This document shows, in pieces, positions 53,410 to 64,000 of a stretch of 64,000 nt of DNA. Numbering within the stretch: position 1 is the first letter of the stretch; every line of letters starts with the position of its first letter. The notes under the pieces are model-generated. The model had not been told where the DNA came from, did no database searches, and was given only the letters and a program-made list of their open reading frames with translations. The position numbers and the translations under genes are program-made. This DNA is from Candidatus Lustribacter sp. (GTDB taxonomy: Bacteria; Vulcanimicrobiota; Vulcanimicrobiia; Vulcanimicrobiales; Vulcanimicrobiaceae), in assembly GCA_965277805.1 (NCBI GenBank), contig OZ255842.1:64001-128000 (forward strand), in the 5' to 3' direction.

Positions 53410-54704
53410 TCGAGACGCGGATTGCGCCGTTGCAGTTCGGGTTCGGCAACGAGTTTTCATCGGAAGCCGTGCCGGGCGCGCTGCCCGTCGGCCAAAACTC
53501 GCCGCAGCGCGCGCCCTTCGGGCTGTACGCGGAGTTGCTGTCGGGGACCGCGTTCACGGCCCCCCGCGCGGAGAACCGGCGCACGTGGACGTATCGCTTG
53601 CGTCCGTCGGCCGCATCGTCGCCGTTCCGCCAAATCGATGCCGGACGAATCTGCAACGCACCATTGCGCGATGCCGTGCCGACCCCCAATCGCATGCGCT
53701 GGGATCCGCTGCCCGAACCGGATGCGCCGGCAGACTTCGTCGACGGCCTCACGACGCTGCTCGTCAACGGCGATCCGGCGCTGCAGGCCGGTGTGGCGGT
53801 GCATCTGTATTCGTGCAACCGCTCGATGACGGCGCGCGCGTTTGCGAATGCGGACGGCGAGCTGCTGATCGTGCCGTGGCGGGGCGCGATCGATCTCATC
53901 ACCGAACTCGGAATTCTTTCGCTCGTTCCCGGGCACATCGCCGTCATTCCGCGCGGGATGAAGTTTCGCGTCGAACTCAAGGACGGCGTCGCGCAGGGCT
54001 ACATCTGCGAAAACCACGGCCAGCCGCTGAAACTTCCGGAGTTGGGCCCGATCGGTTCAAACGGTCTCGCGAACGCGCGCGACTTCGGCTCGCCCGTCGC
54101 CGCCTTCGAAGACGATGCGACGCCGACGCAGATCGTCATGAAGTTCGGCGGACGGCTGTGGACTACCGAACTAGACCGCTCGCCATTCGACATCGTCGCC
54201 TGGCACGGCAACAACGTTCCTTATGGATACGATCTGGCGCGATTTAATGTCCTGGGAACCGTCAGCTACGATCATCCCGATCCGTCGATCTATACCGTGC
54301 TGACCTCGACCTCCGATGTGCCGGGCACGGCCAATGTGGATTTCGTCGTGTTTGCGCCGCGCTGGCTCGTGGCCGAGCACACGTTCCGTCCGCCGTGGTT
54401 CCACCGCAACATCATGAACGAGTACATGGGCTTGATCTCGGGCAGCTACGATGCCAAGGCCGAGGGCTTCGTTCCCGGCGGCAGCAGCCTGCACAACTGC
54501 ATGGCCGGACACGGGCCCGATTTTACCACGTACGAGCGCGCGAGCAGCGCCGTACTTGCGCCGCACAAGATCGAGAACAGCCTCGCTTTCATGTTCGAGT
54601 CGCGCTACGTCTTCGTCCCGACCACGTATGCCCAAACATCTCCGGCCTTACAGCCGTCGTACGACGATTGCTGGTCGGGCTTCCCCAAAGGAACGCTTCC
54701 GTGA
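53406..54704 (+). CDS. hmgA: Homogentisate 1,2-dioxygenase
   Basis: GFGN...[32 protein letters not shown], and Fe ligands in FHRN..E and HGPD. Confidence 0.96.
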   Translation: MIETRIAPLQFGFGNEFSSEAVPGALPVGQNSPQRAPFGLYAELLSGTAFTAPRAENRRTWTYRLRPSAASSPFRQIDAGRICNAPLRDAVPTPNRMRWDPLPEPDAPADFVDGLTTLLVNGDPALQAGVAVHLYSCNRSMTARAFANADGELLIVPWRGAIDLITELGILSLVPGHIAVIPRGMKFRVELKDGVAQGYICENHGQPLKLPELGPIGSNGLANARDFGSPVAAFEDDATPTQIVMKFGGRLWTTELDRSPFDIVAWHGNNVPYGYDLARFNVLGTVSYDHPDPSIYTVLTSTSDVPGTANVDFVVFAPRWLVAEHTFRPPWFHRNIMNEYMGLISGSYDAKAEGFVPGGSSLHNCMAGHGPDFTTYERASSAVLAPHKIENSLAFMFESRYVFVPTTYAQTSPALQPSYDDCWSGFPKGTLP

Positions 54705-56029
54705 CCGCAGACCGGTTAGATCTCGACCGTACGCACGACGCCGCCGCGCGCTCGTGGGTCGCATCGGCCAACGAACCCGGCACCGACTTTCCGGTGCAGA
54801 ACCTGCCGTTTGGCGTCTTTCGGCGTTCTGCGGCGGAAACGTTTCGGGCCGGCATCGCGATCGGCGATCGCATCGTCGACCTCAGCGCCCCCGCCGCGCA
54901 GGCGGTTCTGCGCCGCGTCTCGCCGGCGCTGCTCAAAGCGGCTTCGGAATCGAGTCTGAACGCGTTGGCGGCACTCGATCCCGAAGCGTTGACGTCGCTG
55001 CGCCGTGAACTCTTCGATCTGCTCAGCACCGAATCACGGCGCGCCGAAATCGAGAGCGCGCTCGTGCCGATGACGGGCGTTCACTACGCCGTCCCCTTTG
55101 CAATCGGCGACTTCACGGACTTCTACGCCTCTATCTTTCACGCAACGCGCGTCGGCACGATGTACCGCCCGACCAATCCGCTCATGCCGAACTACAAGTA
55201 CGTCCCGGTCGCCTATCATGGGCGCAGCTCAACGGTCGTGGTTGACGGCACGCCGGTGCGACGGCCGCGCGGTCAGCTGAAGCTGAGCGAAGATGCATCA
55301 CCGGTGTTCGATGTCTGCCGCAAGCTTGACTACGAAGCGGAAGTCGGTTTCTACATCGGCCGCCCGACGCAAGGGGAAGTCGGAGTCGATGCGGCGCCGG
55401 AGCACGTTTTCGGCTTTACGGTGCTCAACGATTGGTCGGCGCGCGACATCCAGACCTGGGAGTATCAGCCGCTCGGGCCGTTCCTCGGCAAGAATTTCGC
55501 CACGACCGTCTCGCCGTGGGTCGTCACGATGGATGCCCTCCGGCCGTTCCGCACGCACGCGCTGATCCGGCCCGACGGCGACCCGGCCGCGTTGCCGCAT
55601 CTCTCCTCGGCTCAGGATACGGAGCACGGTGGTGTCGACATCGCGATCGAGGTATCGATTCGCTCGAAACGCATGCGAAACGAAAGCCTGCCGCCGTTCA
55701 GGTTGAGCCGCTCGTCGTTCGCCGATTCTTATTGGACGTTTTCACAAATGCTCGTGCACCACGCGAGCAACGGCTGCGTGCTGCGCAGCGGTGACTTGAT
55801 GGGCAGCGGCACGATGTCGGGCCCGGGCGACAACCCCTCGATGTGGGGCAGCTTGGTTGAGTTATCGCACAACGGCCGCGACGCGCTGACGCTTCCGTCG
55901 GGAGAGACGCGCACGTTCATCGCCGACGGTGATGAGATCATGATGCGCGCGCATTGCGAGCGGCCCGGATTCGCATCCATCGGTTTCGGCGTTGCCGGCG
56001 GCATCGTGGCCGCCCCACTAGCTTCTTGA
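54701..56029 (+). CDS. fahA: Fumarylacetoacetase
   Basis: [46 protein letters not shown] and GSGT.SG motifs. Confidence 0.95.
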   Translation: MTADRLDLDRTHDAAARSWVASANEPGTDFPVQNLPFGVFRRSAAETFRAGIAIGDRIVDLSAPAAQAVLRRVSPALLKAASESSLNALAALDPEALTSLRRELFDLLSTESRRAEIESALVPMTGVHYAVPFAIGDFTDFYASIFHATRVGTMYRPTNPLMPNYKYVPVAYHGRSSTVVVDGTPVRRPRGQLKLSEDASPVFDVCRKLDYEAEVGFYIGRPTQGEVGVDAAPEHVFGFTVLNDWSARDIQTWEYQPLGPFLGKNFATTVSPWVVTMDALRPFRTHALIRPDGDPAALPHLSSAQDTEHGGVDIAIEVSIRSKRMRNESLPPFRLSRSSFADSYWTFSQMLVHHASNGCVLRSGDLMGSGTMSGPGDNPSMWGSLVELSHNGRDALTLPSGETRTFIADGDEIMMRAHCERPGFASIGFGVAGGIVAAPLAS

Positions 56030-56040
56030 GGAGACCCGTC

Positions 56041-57159
56041 ATGAAAACACTAGCCGTTCTACTCGGCATGCTTCTATTGGCCGGGCCCGTGCAGGCCGCG
56101 GATCCATGGACGGTCGGCATCATCGCCCCGACCACCGGTCCCATCGCAACGGTCGGCGTGCGACAGCTCTCTGCCGTCCAATGGTGGGCGCAGGACGCGA
56201 ATGCCCACGGCGGGATACGCGGCCGCCAAATCAACCTCGTCCACTGCAATGACGAGGGCAGCCCGGAAAAGAGTGTCACGTGCATGCGCGACCTCTTGAG
56301 CAAAGGCGCGGTTCTCATCTTGAACGGTTCCGTGTCGGGTCCGATCTTCGCCGACATACCGCTCGTCAGTAACGGCCCCGTCATGGTGACGCCCTCGCCG
56401 AACGTTCTGCCGCCAGCCGAAAGTTACGTGTTTCAAACGAGCCCGTCCGATTTGGAATTGACCAAAGCGATCGCCGCGTACGCGAAGGGGAACGCCGTCA
56501 AGCAGATCGCGATGATTGCGGCGACCGATGCTTCGGGTGAAGTCGGCGTGACCAACGCTTCCAACGTTTTCAAGCAACAGGGCGTCAACTATAAACTCGC
56601 GCGCATCGATCTCAACGCCAGCGATGCATCGATCCAGCTCGGCGCGATCGCGAGCGGCGCGCAATTCATCTATTCCAACTATTCGGGCGGCGGCGCGGTG
56701 ACGGTCGTCAAGAGCTACGCAAACCTCGGCCTTCAGCAGCCGCTGTTGATTAGCTACGCCAACATCTCCGACTCGTTCCTCGCCTTGATCAAGGACGACA
56801 TGCCGCAGCGGCTGCTCGCGGTCGGTCTGAAGGCTGCGGCTCCCGACTTGATCACCGATGCCGCCGTGCGCGCACACGTCGAGTATTTCTCGAAATCGTA
56901 CACGGCGTGGAAGCACGAACCGATCGACCACTTGAGCTTGCTCGGCCTGACCATGGCCGACGTCGCCGGCGCCGTCCTCGCGCACGTCAACGATCCCACG
57001 AAGGCTGCCGACGTGCGTAAGTATCTCGAAGAGCATCCGATCCCGAGCGTCGGAACGCTGCGCTTCTCGCATACGACGCACGTCGGATTCTCGGCTGCCG
57101 ACGTCACCGCGCTCGAATACAAAGGCAATCGCTGGGAAAAGGCCGGCCCGCTGAAATGA
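56041..57159 (+). CDS. ABC transporter substrate-binding protein (branched-chain/LivJ-like)
   Basis: Signal peptide, P.TGP.A, N..GGIRGR and D.GSPE motifs. Confidence 0.88.
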   Translation: MKTLAVLLGMLLLAGPVQAADPWTVGIIAPTTGPIATVGVRQLSAVQWWAQDANAHGGIRGRQINLVHCNDEGSPEKSVTCMRDLLSKGAVLILNGSVSGPIFADIPLVSNGPVMVTPSPNVLPPAESYVFQTSPSDLELTKAIAAYAKGNAVKQIAMIAATDASGEVGVTNASNVFKQQGVNYKLARIDLNASDASIQLGAIASGAQFIYSNYSGGGAVTVVKSYANLGLQQPLLISYANISDSFLALIKDDMPQRLLAVGLKAAAPDLITDAAVRAHVEYFSKSYTAWKHEPIDHLSLLGLTMADVAGAVLAHVNDPTKAADVRKYLEEHPIPSVGTLRFSHTTHVGFSAADVTALEYKGNRWEKAGPLK

Positions 57160-58022
57160 GCTTGCTTCCGCAAGCAGTGATGAGCGGCCTCATATCCGGC
57201 ACCGTTTATGCGCTGCTTGCGATGGGGTTGATCATCGCGTTCCAAACGACGCGCATCGTGAACCTCGCGCACGGCGAGACCTATGCGATCTCGGGGCTCG
57301 TCACGGCTGGTCTCGCCCACGCCGGCGCACCGATCGTCGCGGCGCTCGCCGGCGGCATTATGACGGCGACGCTGTTCTCGATCGGCGTCGAACGGCTGCT
57401 GTTGCGGCCGCGCGCATCGTGGCCGCTGTCGAGCCTCATCTTGGTGAGTTTGGCCGCAGCGTTTCTCAGCCGCGGTGTGCTGCAAGTCGGCTTTGGACCC
57501 GACCCGGAATCGTTCAAGCGCCTTTTCGTCGGCGCGCCGCTGCGGATCGGCGACGGTGCGCTCTCGCAGCAGGGACTATGGCTGATTCTCATCGGCTTGG
57601 TCGCGGTTTTTGCGACCACGCAATTTCTGACGCGCACCCGGATCGGCCGCCAGTTGCGCGCAACGGCGGAAAACCCCGATGCGGCGCAGTTGCTCGGGAT
57701 CAACGTCGGCGCCGCGCGGACGATCGCGTTCGCCATCGCGGGCTGCCTCGGCGGGCTCAGTGCCGCGCTGCTGGTACCGCTGATTTCCGTCGACTACCAG
57801 GTGGGTCTCGGGATGACGCTGCGCGGTTTTATCGCCGCTTCGCTCGGAGGCATGTCGCCGCTGAGCGGCATCTTCGGTGGGCTCGGACTGGGACTCGCGG
57901 AAGCGCTCGTCACGACCTACTTTGGAGCGCTCGCGCAGGATCCGGTGATCTTTCTCGTGCTGATCGGCGTCGCGTTGTGGCAGAGCCGCAAAATCTTGTT
58001 CGGCGGCAGCATTCGCGCATGA
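57156..58022 (+). CDS. Branched-chain-type ABC permease (LivH-like)
   Basis: G..YAL.A.GL, VNLAHGE and G..LRA...N..AA.L.GIN motifs. Confidence 0.9.
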   Translation: MSLLPQAVMSGLISGTVYALLAMGLIIAFQTTRIVNLAHGETYAISGLVTAGLAHAGAPIVAALAGGIMTATLFSIGVERLLLRPRASWPLSSLILVSLAAAFLSRGVLQVGFGPDPESFKRLFVGAPLRIGDGALSQQGLWLILIGLVAVFATTQFLTRTRIGRQLRATAENPDAAQLLGINVGAARTIAFAIAGCLGGLSAALLVPLISVDYQVGLGMTLRGFIAASLGGMSPLSGIFGGLGLGLAEALVTTYFGALAQDPVIFLVLIGVALWQSRKILFGGSIRA

Positions 58023-59719
58023 CACGCAAGACGCTCGTGGTAGCAATCGTGCTGCTCGTCGCCGTGGCGAGCCCCTACGCCGGATTCATCCCCGGCTGGT
58101 CGCCCGCACTCGCAACGAACGTTTCGTTTACCGCTCTCGCGCTCGTCGGCCTCAACCTCATCTTCGGTGTCGCCGGAATGCTCGCGTTCGGACAGGCCGC
58201 ATTCATGGTGATCCCGGCCTACTTTAGCGGCGTCCTGGAGCGCGCCGGGATCGCGCCATTCTTGGCGATCGCGATCGGATTCGTTGCCGCGGTGGTGCTG
58301 GCGCGCGTGCTGGCCGAATTTTTCGTGCGCTTGCCCGGCATCTACCTCGCGTTCGGTACGCTCGGCTTCGGCTACGTCGTGGAAGGCCTCGCGCGAGCGT
58401 TTCCGGCCTGGACGGGCGGCGCGTCGGGTCTCGTTTTTGCGAGCGGGCGCGCGATCGGTCAAAACGCGTGGTACGCGATTTCCGTTGCGGCGCTCGCCGT
58501 GGGCCTCATCGTCTATATCCTCGCTCTGCGCGGCGGCCGCTGGCGGCGATTGCGCACGATCCGGCACGACGAACTGGTCGCGGCGGCGCTCGGCGTCGAC
58601 GTGACGCGCGAGAAGGTGCGCACGTTCACGCTGGGCTGCCTGTTCGCGTCGGTCGCGGGAACGCTGCTGTGCTACTACGTCGGCGTGGTCGTGCCGGACG
58701 ATGCCGGCGCGCAGCGGTCGCTCTCGCAGATCGGCATGGTCATGATGGGCGGGCCGGCGCTCACGTTCGGGCCGGTCGTCGGCGCGTTCTTGGTGGCGTG
58801 GCTGTTCTTCGTGGCGGGCGTCGGCGGCCGCTTCGAGTCGCTCGTGTACGGCATCGTGTTCTTGATCGCGGTGTTGTACGCGAAGAACGGGCTGCTCGGA
58901 TTCATCCCGCCTTCCGTGCGCGGTTCTTCTTCGAAGAAGCATTACTCATCGGCTGCGCCGGTGCTTCCGATCGCAAGGCAGCGCGACGCGCAAAGCAACG
59001 GTATCTGTCTCCGCGTGGATTCGGTCGGCAAAGCGTTCCAAGGGTTGACCGCGCTGGATGCGGTGAGCTTCGAAGTTCGCACCGGCGAAGTCTTCGCTCT
59101 CGTCGGTCCGAATGGGGCCGGCAAATCGACGCTCTTCAACATCATCTGCGGGCTCATCGAGCCGACTGCCGGCAGCGTGCATTTGCTCGGCAAAGACGTC
59201 ACCGCGATGCCGATTCACTCCCGCGCGCCCTTGATCGGACGCGCGTTTCAGGTGGCGCGGCTGATTCCGGAATTGACGGCCGCGGAAAACGTGATGGTCC
59301 GCATCGACAACATCGCCGCGAAGCTCGGGGAAGAAGAGCGGCGCGGCGTTGCGCTGGCGCAGCTGGAAGCCTTCGGCTTGCTGCCCCTTGCGGACAGCGC
59401 CGTCAGCACGCTCAGTATCGGACAGCACAAACTGATCGACGTCGCGCGGGCCGCGGCCGGCGACCCGCCCCTCGTGTTGCTCGACGAGCCCGCGGTCGGG
59501 TTGACCGACGCGGAGCTGCTGCATCTGCGCGACGTGATCGTCAAGCTGCGCGAACGCGGCACGTCGGTATTGATCGTCGAGCATAACATCGATTTCGCGT
59601 CGTCGGTGGCCTCGCGCGGACTGGTGCTCGACAGCGGCCGCGCCGTGACGAGTGGTCCGATGAACGAGATCCTCGCCGACGAGCGCGTGCAGAGCGCCTA
59701 CTTCGGTGCGCTCACGTGA
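58019..59719 (+). CDS. Fused ABC permease/ATP-binding protein (LivM-LivG)
   Basis: TM domain (GLNL..G.AG...FGQAAF) followed by GPNGAGKS, LLDEPA and VEH. Confidence 0.9.
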   Translation: MTRKTLVVAIVLLVAVASPYAGFIPGWSPALATNVSFTALALVGLNLIFGVAGMLAFGQAAFMVIPAYFSGVLERAGIAPFLAIAIGFVAAVVLARVLAEFFVRLPGIYLAFGTLGFGYVVEGLARAFPAWTGGASGLVFASGRAIGQNAWYAISVAALAVGLIVYILALRGGRWRRLRTIRHDELVAAALGVDVTREKVRTFTLGCLFASVAGTLLCYYVGVVVPDDAGAQRSLSQIGMVMMGGPALTFGPVVGAFLVAWLFFVAGVGGRFESLVYGIVFLIAVLYAKNGLLGFIPPSVRGSSSKKHYSSAAPVLPIARQRDAQSNGICLRVDSVGKAFQGLTALDAVSFEVRTGEVFALVGPNGAGKSTLFNIICGLIEPTAGSVHLLGKDVTAMPIHSRAPLIGRAFQVARLIPELTAAENVMVRIDNIAAKLGEEERRGVALAQLEAFGLLPLADSAVSTLSIGQHKLIDVARAAAGDPPLVLLDEPAVGLTDAELLHLRDVIVKLRERGTSVLIVEHNIDFASSVASRGLVLDSGRAVTSGPMNEILADERVQSAYFGALT

Positions 59720-60375
59720 CCGCGCCGCTCGCCATTCGCGACCTCAGCGGCGGCTATGGCCGGCTAGCGATCTTCCGCGGCCTCGATCTCAATCTCACCG
59801 AGCGCCGTACGTTCGGGGTGCTCGGGCCGAACGGCTCCGGTAAAACGACGCTGCTGAAGACGGTCGCGGGCTTGCTTCCCGCATTCGCCGGGGACGTGTT
59901 GCTCGAGGGCGTTTCGCTCAGCCGCAAATCGGCGTATCAGCGAACGCGGGCCGGCCTCGTGCTCGTTCCCGAAGGCCGTCAAGTGCTCGTGAAGCTCAGC
60001 GTGCTGGAGAACCTCGAGCTGACGCAGTCGGCGGGGCGCTTAGCGCCCAGCGACTTCCGTTCGCGGCTGGATGAGGTTCTTGCACTCTTCCCGCGGCTGG
60101 GCGAGCGCCTCAAACAACCGGGCGGCGCATTGAGCGGCGGCGAGCAGCAGATGCTCGCGATCGCGCGGGCGCTGCTGCTCGATCCGCTCGTGCTGATGCT
60201 CGACGAGCCGACGCAAGGGCTCGCGCCGATCGTACTCGGCCAAGTTCTAAGCGCGCTGCAACAGTTGAAGGGCCGCTTCTCCATGCTCATCGTCGAGCAA
60301 AACAAATCGTTCCTGCACGCACTGGCCGAGGAAGTCTGCACGATGAGCAGCGGCCGGCTCGGAGAGATCACATGA
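59716..60375 (+). CDS. ABC transporter ATP-binding protein (LivF-like)
   Basis: GPNGSGKT, LSGGEQQMLA, LDEP and VEQN motifs. Confidence 0.92.
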   Translation: MTAPLAIRDLSGGYGRLAIFRGLDLNLTERRTFGVLGPNGSGKTTLLKTVAGLLPAFAGDVLLEGVSLSRKSAYQRTRAGLVLVPEGRQVLVKLSVLENLELTQSAGRLAPSDFRSRLDEVLALFPRLGERLKQPGGALSGGEQQMLAIARALLLDPLVLMLDEPTQGLAPIVLGQVLSALQQLKGRFSMLIVEQNKSFLHALAEEVCTMSSGRLGEIT

Positions 60376-61553
60376 GCGTTCCACGCTGGCCGCGTTATCC
60401 GCGCGGACTCGACTTCGTCAGCTTCGAGCAACCGCCGGCCGGCGTAACACCGGAGATCGTGGTTCTGAAGGCCGAAGACGGCGGTATCTCGCGTGGCGTG
60501 CTTTATTCCACCGGCAAAGAGCGGACGGTGGTATGCCTCATGCATCCGCGCGCCGACATGACGCGCCATTACCTGATTCCCTATTTGGTCGAGAACGGAA
60601 TCGCGTTCTTCGCCCAAGAGAGCCGTTGGCCGGGCACCGACATCGCGACGATTCACGAAGTGCTCCTCGCCGACGTCGCGGCGGCAATGACGCGTTTGCG
60701 CTCGCGCAACTTCAAGTCGATCGTGCTGCTCGGAAATAGCGGCGCCGGATCCCTCTATTGTTTGTATCAGGCCCAGGCCGTGACGGCGCCGGCGGGTCGC
60801 TTGACCGACACCGCCGGCGGCGATCCGTACGATCTCAACGCGTTCACCATGCCGCCCGCAGACGGCATGATCTTTCTCGGCGCGCACTTGGGGGCCGGCA
60901 AGATTTTGCAAACCGAAATCGATCCATCGATGATCGACGAGAACGATCCGCTGTCGTGCGATCCGCAACTCGACATGTACGCGCCGGCGAATGGTTTTCG
61001 CGAGCCGCCGGAATACAGTACCTACTCAGACGACTTTCTCGCCCGCTATCGCAGCGCGCAGACGAAACGCGTCGAGCGCATCGACGCCATCGCTCGCGAG
61101 TACATTCGCAACCCGCAGCCGTTCCGATACATGCAAATTTTCCGGCTCGATGCGAACCCCGGCAGCACGAGCCGGCCGGTGCCGCCGTCGCGGCGTACGT
61201 ACGGTTCCCTGATGTCGGTTCGGCCCGATCTCAGCAACCGTGCCGAACCCGGCACCAAGGTGATCGCCGCACGCGCGTGGCTGAGTTCATGGTCGGGTCT
61301 TTCATCCCGCGCGGCCGTTCTGGACAACTTACCAAAAATCACGGCTCCGACCCTCGTCGCGAATTACGATGCCGACAACGCCATCTATCCTGAGGCATCC
61401 GACACGATTTTTGCAGCCTCGCCGGCAAGCGACAAAACGCGCGTCCAATTCGAGGGCGATCATTTCGGGCTGACCTCGAGCTTTGGACGCAAGCCGCGTG
61501 GACCGAAGTCCGCTTCCACCGTGATCCTGGAGTGGCTCGATGCGCGTTATTAA
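60372..61553 (+). CDS. Alpha/beta hydrolase-like protein
   Basis: GNSGAG nucleophile elbow, DPS.IDE.DP insert and GDH. Confidence 0.8.
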   Translation: MSVPRWPRYPRGLDFVSFEQPPAGVTPEIVVLKAEDGGISRGVLYSTGKERTVVCLMHPRADMTRHYLIPYLVENGIAFFAQESRWPGTDIATIHEVLLADVAAAMTRLRSRNFKSIVLLGNSGAGSLYCLYQAQAVTAPAGRLTDTAGGDPYDLNAFTMPPADGMIFLGAHLGAGKILQTEIDPSMIDENDPLSCDPQLDMYAPANGFREPPEYSTYSDDFLARYRSAQTKRVERIDAIAREYIRNPQPFRYMQIFRLDANPGSTSRPVPPSRRTYGSLMSVRPDLSNRAEPGTKVIAARAWLSSWSGLSSRAAVLDNLPKITAPTLVANYDADNAIYPEASDTIFAASPASDKTRVQFEGDHFGLTSSFGRKPRGPKSASTVILEWLDARY

Positions 61554-62487
61554 GTCATCACGCCGATCCTATCTTCGCAGCGTCGCTGCCGTCGTAACGG
61601 GTGTCGCTCTTGTTGTACCGCTGTCGAGCGGCCGTGCGCCGGCGGCAACGAAACTGACGGTGGCGATCGTCGACAACGACGGATTCCAAGCGTACGTTGC
61701 GCGCGATACCGGATTGTTCCAGCGTGCCGGCCTCGATGTCGACATTCAAAATCTGAGTAAGGGTTCCGCGGTCGCGGCCGCCGTCACTAGCCACGACGTC
61801 GCAATCGGCATCTCGAACATCGTCACGATCGCGCAAGCCGTCGAACGCGGGCTTCCGTTTCAATTCATCGCCCCGGCGTCGATGGAGTTCAGCAGCAGCA
61901 CTCCCACCACGCAGCTGGTCGCGTGGCCGCGGAGCAGCATCCGTTCGGCAAAGGACCTTAACGGCAAAGTCCTCGGTGCGCAAACGACGTCCGGTCTCAT
62001 CCGCCTCGTCGAAGAAGCCTGGATCGACAAGAACGGCGGCGACTCATCAACCGTAACTTATATTGAACTTCCGCCCCCCGCGATACTGCCGGCGCTGGAA
62101 CGCGGCACGATCGCTGCGGCAACGCTGATCGAACCAAACCTGGCGCCCGCTCTTCCGCAAGTGCGCGCCCTCGGCAATCCGTTCGGTGCACTGGGTCCGA
62201 AGCTGATGGTCACCGGCTGGTTTGCGACGACCGACTGGATCGCACAAAATCGAGAAGCGGCCGCGACATTTGCATCCGTCATGAGCGATGCAGCGCGGTG
62301 GGTGAACGATCCGAAGAACAAGACCCAAGTCGCGGCGTTGCAGTCGAAGTACGGTGCCTCGTCAAGTGTGAATCCGTACGCGGTCAGCTTTGATGCGTCG
62401 ATGGTTCAACCCATCTTGGACGGAGCCGCGAAATACAAACTACTTCCACGACCGCTGACCGCCACCGAACTGCTCTTTAAGAAGTAG
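61540..62487 (+). CDS. ABC transporter substrate-binding protein, NitT/TauT family
   Basis: Tat-like SRR.YL, GLFQRAGLDV, AKDLNGK and LIEP motifs. Confidence 0.85.
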   Translation: MRVIKSSRRSYLRSVAAVVTGVALVVPLSSGRAPAATKLTVAIVDNDGFQAYVARDTGLFQRAGLDVDIQNLSKGSAVAAAVTSHDVAIGISNIVTIAQAVERGLPFQFIAPASMEFSSSTPTTQLVAWPRSSIRSAKDLNGKVLGAQTTSGLIRLVEEAWIDKNGGDSSTVTYIELPPPAILPALERGTIAAATLIEPNLAPALPQVRALGNPFGALGPKLMVTGWFATTDWIAQNREAAATFASVMSDAARWVNDPKNKTQVAALQSKYGASSSVNPYAVSFDASMVQPILDGAAKYKLLPRPLTATELLFKK

Positions 62488-62587
62488 CATGTCCCATTGG
62501 CAAGCTCGGGATGCCAAGTAGCGCAGGTCTAGGAGCCCTCAATCGGGGCATAGAAACCGGCCGACCTCTCCTTAGAGAAAGGTCGCT

Positions 62588-64000
62588 ATGGCTCAAACGC
62601 TCCCGTCCACGGATCTTCCAGCCGCTCCGGCACCAGCGCCCGAGAAAATCTCGGGTGGCCATCTCGTCGCGAAGGCGCTGAAGAACGAAGGCGTCGATAC
62701 GATTTTCACCCTGTGCGGTGGACACATCATCGACATCTACGACGGTTGCATCGATGAGGGCATCAAGATCATCGACGTTCGCCACGAGCAAGTCGCTGCG
62801 CATGCCGCCGACGGCTATGCGCGCATGACCGGCGGGATGGGCTGCGCGGTCGTGACGGCGGGACCGGGTACAACGAATACCACGACCGGTATCGCGAACG
62901 CGTTCCGTGCCGAGAGCCCGATGCTGTTGATCGGCGGCCAAGCCGCGCTGAGCCAGCATAAGATGGGCGGCTTGCAAGATCTCGCGCACGTCGACATGAT
63001 GCGGCCGATCACCAAGTTCGCGACGTCGGTGCCGAGCACCGAGCGCGTGGCCGACTTCGTCGCGATGGCCGCGCGCGAGGCGTTCAACGGTTCGTTCGGA
63101 CCGTCATACCTCGAGATTCCGCGCGATATCCTCGATTTCAAAGTCGATCTCACGAAAGCCGTGATTCCGAAGCCCGGTAAGTATCGTGCCTCGACCAAGA
63201 GCATCGGCGATCCGGCCGCGATCCAAGAACTGGCCGATATGATCGTCAACGCGAAGAAGCCGGCGATCTTGCTCGGACAGCAAGTGTGGACGTGCCGCGG
63301 CAGCGAGATCGCGCGCGACTTCGTCGAGAAGCTCAACATTCCGACCTACATGAACGGCGCCGGCCGCGGCACGCTCGGGCCCGATCATCCGCTGAACTTC
63401 CAACTCACGCGCCGCGATGCGTTCGGTGAAGCCGACCTGACGATCATCGTCGGCACGCCGTTCGACTTCCGCCTTGGTTATGGCAAGAGCGTACGCTCGA
63501 AGACGGTCGTGCAGATCGACATGTCGTACGCGACGGTCGGCAAGAACCGCGACATCTCGCTCGGCATGGTCGGCGACGTCGGTGCGATTCTCGCCGCCGT
63601 GCTGCAAGCCACGACCGGCAGTAAAGACAACGGCGCGGCCGCGCGCAAAGAGTGGGTCGCCTCGTTGCGGGCCAAAGAAGATGCCGCGTATGCCGCGCGC
63701 ATGCCGAAGCTGCTCAACGATGCGAACCCCATTCACCCGTACCGCTTGGCGTACGAGATCGATCAGTTTCTCACCAACGATTCGATCTTCGTCGGCGACG
63801 GCGGCGACGTCGTGACGTTCGCGGGCAACGTGGTGCGCCCGAAGGGCCCGGGTCTGTGGATGGATCCGGGACCGCTCGGCACGCTCGGCGTCGGCACGGG
63901 CTTCGCGATGGCGGCTAAACTCGCTAATCCGAATAAGGAAGTCGTCGCGCTCTTCGGCGACGGGTCGTTCGCGATGACCGGCTTCGACATGCAGACCGCG
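62588..64000 (+). CDS. Thiamine diphosphate-dependent enzyme (oxalyl-CoA decarboxylase/2-hydroxyacyl-CoA lyase-like), 3' truncated
   Basis: ATG at 62588, ALKNEGVDTIFTLCGGHI, VRHEQ.AAHAADGYAR, WMDPGPLGTLGVG and GDGSF. The frame runs off the window end. Confidence 0.88.
   Translation, partial: MAQTLPSTDLPAAPAPAPEKISGGHLVAKALKNEGVDTIFTLCGGHIIDIYDGCIDEGIKIIDVRHEQVAAHAADGYARMTGGMGCAVVTAGPGTTNTTTGIANAFRAESPMLLIGGQAALSQHKMGGLQDLAHVDMMRPITKFATSVPSTERVADFVAMAAREAFNGSFGPSYLEIPRDILDFKVDLTKAVIPKPGKYRASTKSIGDPAAIQELADMIVNAKKPAILLGQQVWTCRGSEIARDFVEKLNIPTYMNGAGRGTLGPDHPLNFQLTRRDAFGEADLTIIVGTPFDFRLGYGKSVRSKTVVQIDMSYATVGKNRDISLGMVGDVGAILAAVLQATTGSKDNGAAARKEWVASLRAKEDAAYAARMPKLLNDANPIHPYRLAYEIDQFLTNDSIFVGDGGDVVTFAGNVVRPKGPGLWMDPGPLGTLGVGTGFAMAAKLANPNKEVVALFGDGSFAMTGFDMQTA

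Noticed and set aside
1-64000. CRISPR arrays, tRNA/rRNA, prophage, transposases, anti-phage defence genes
   Set aside because: No repeat-spacer array, RNA gene signature or recognisable mobile or defence protein motifs were found by eye.

Overview
High-GC bacterial chromosomal segment of about 65 CDS. No rRNA, tRNA, CRISPR array, integrase or transposase was recognised. An SLH-anchored OmpM-like beta-barrel, a 'copper amine oxidase N-terminal/stalk' beta-barrel protein and many orphan NitT/TauT-type binding proteins suggest a diderm Terrabacterium such as Candidatus Eremiobacterota; this is an inference. Left part (1-30 kb): mixed housekeeping and envelope genes (GH15 fragment, Rieske oxygenase, folD, TldD/PmbA, RND adaptor plus TolC, GT87, site-2 protease, NDH-2, SLH porin, pheA). 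Middle part (30-39.4 kb): a complete kdpFABC operon with non-canonical regulation. KdpD appears split into a soluble protein with two tandem KdpD(+USP) sensor modules and a divergently encoded TM-GAF-HisKA kinase paired with a NarL/LuxR-type (not KdpE/OmpR-type) regulator. There is also an extra peptide upstream of kdpF and repeated CCGAACGG boxes in the kdp promoter. Right part (39.7-64 kb): an accessory catabolic region. It holds an EPTP/EAR seven-blade propeller plus DUF5624-like module with AraC, aldolase and lactonase genes, and a SARP/BTAD-PAS regulator. That regulator's likely binding site (TTGACGG-N4-TTGACGG) is visible at two promoters, one of which drives a CoA ligase-UbiD-crotonase-hydrolase-hmgA-fahA-ABC operon. 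Products are assigned by motif recognition only; no database searches were run.
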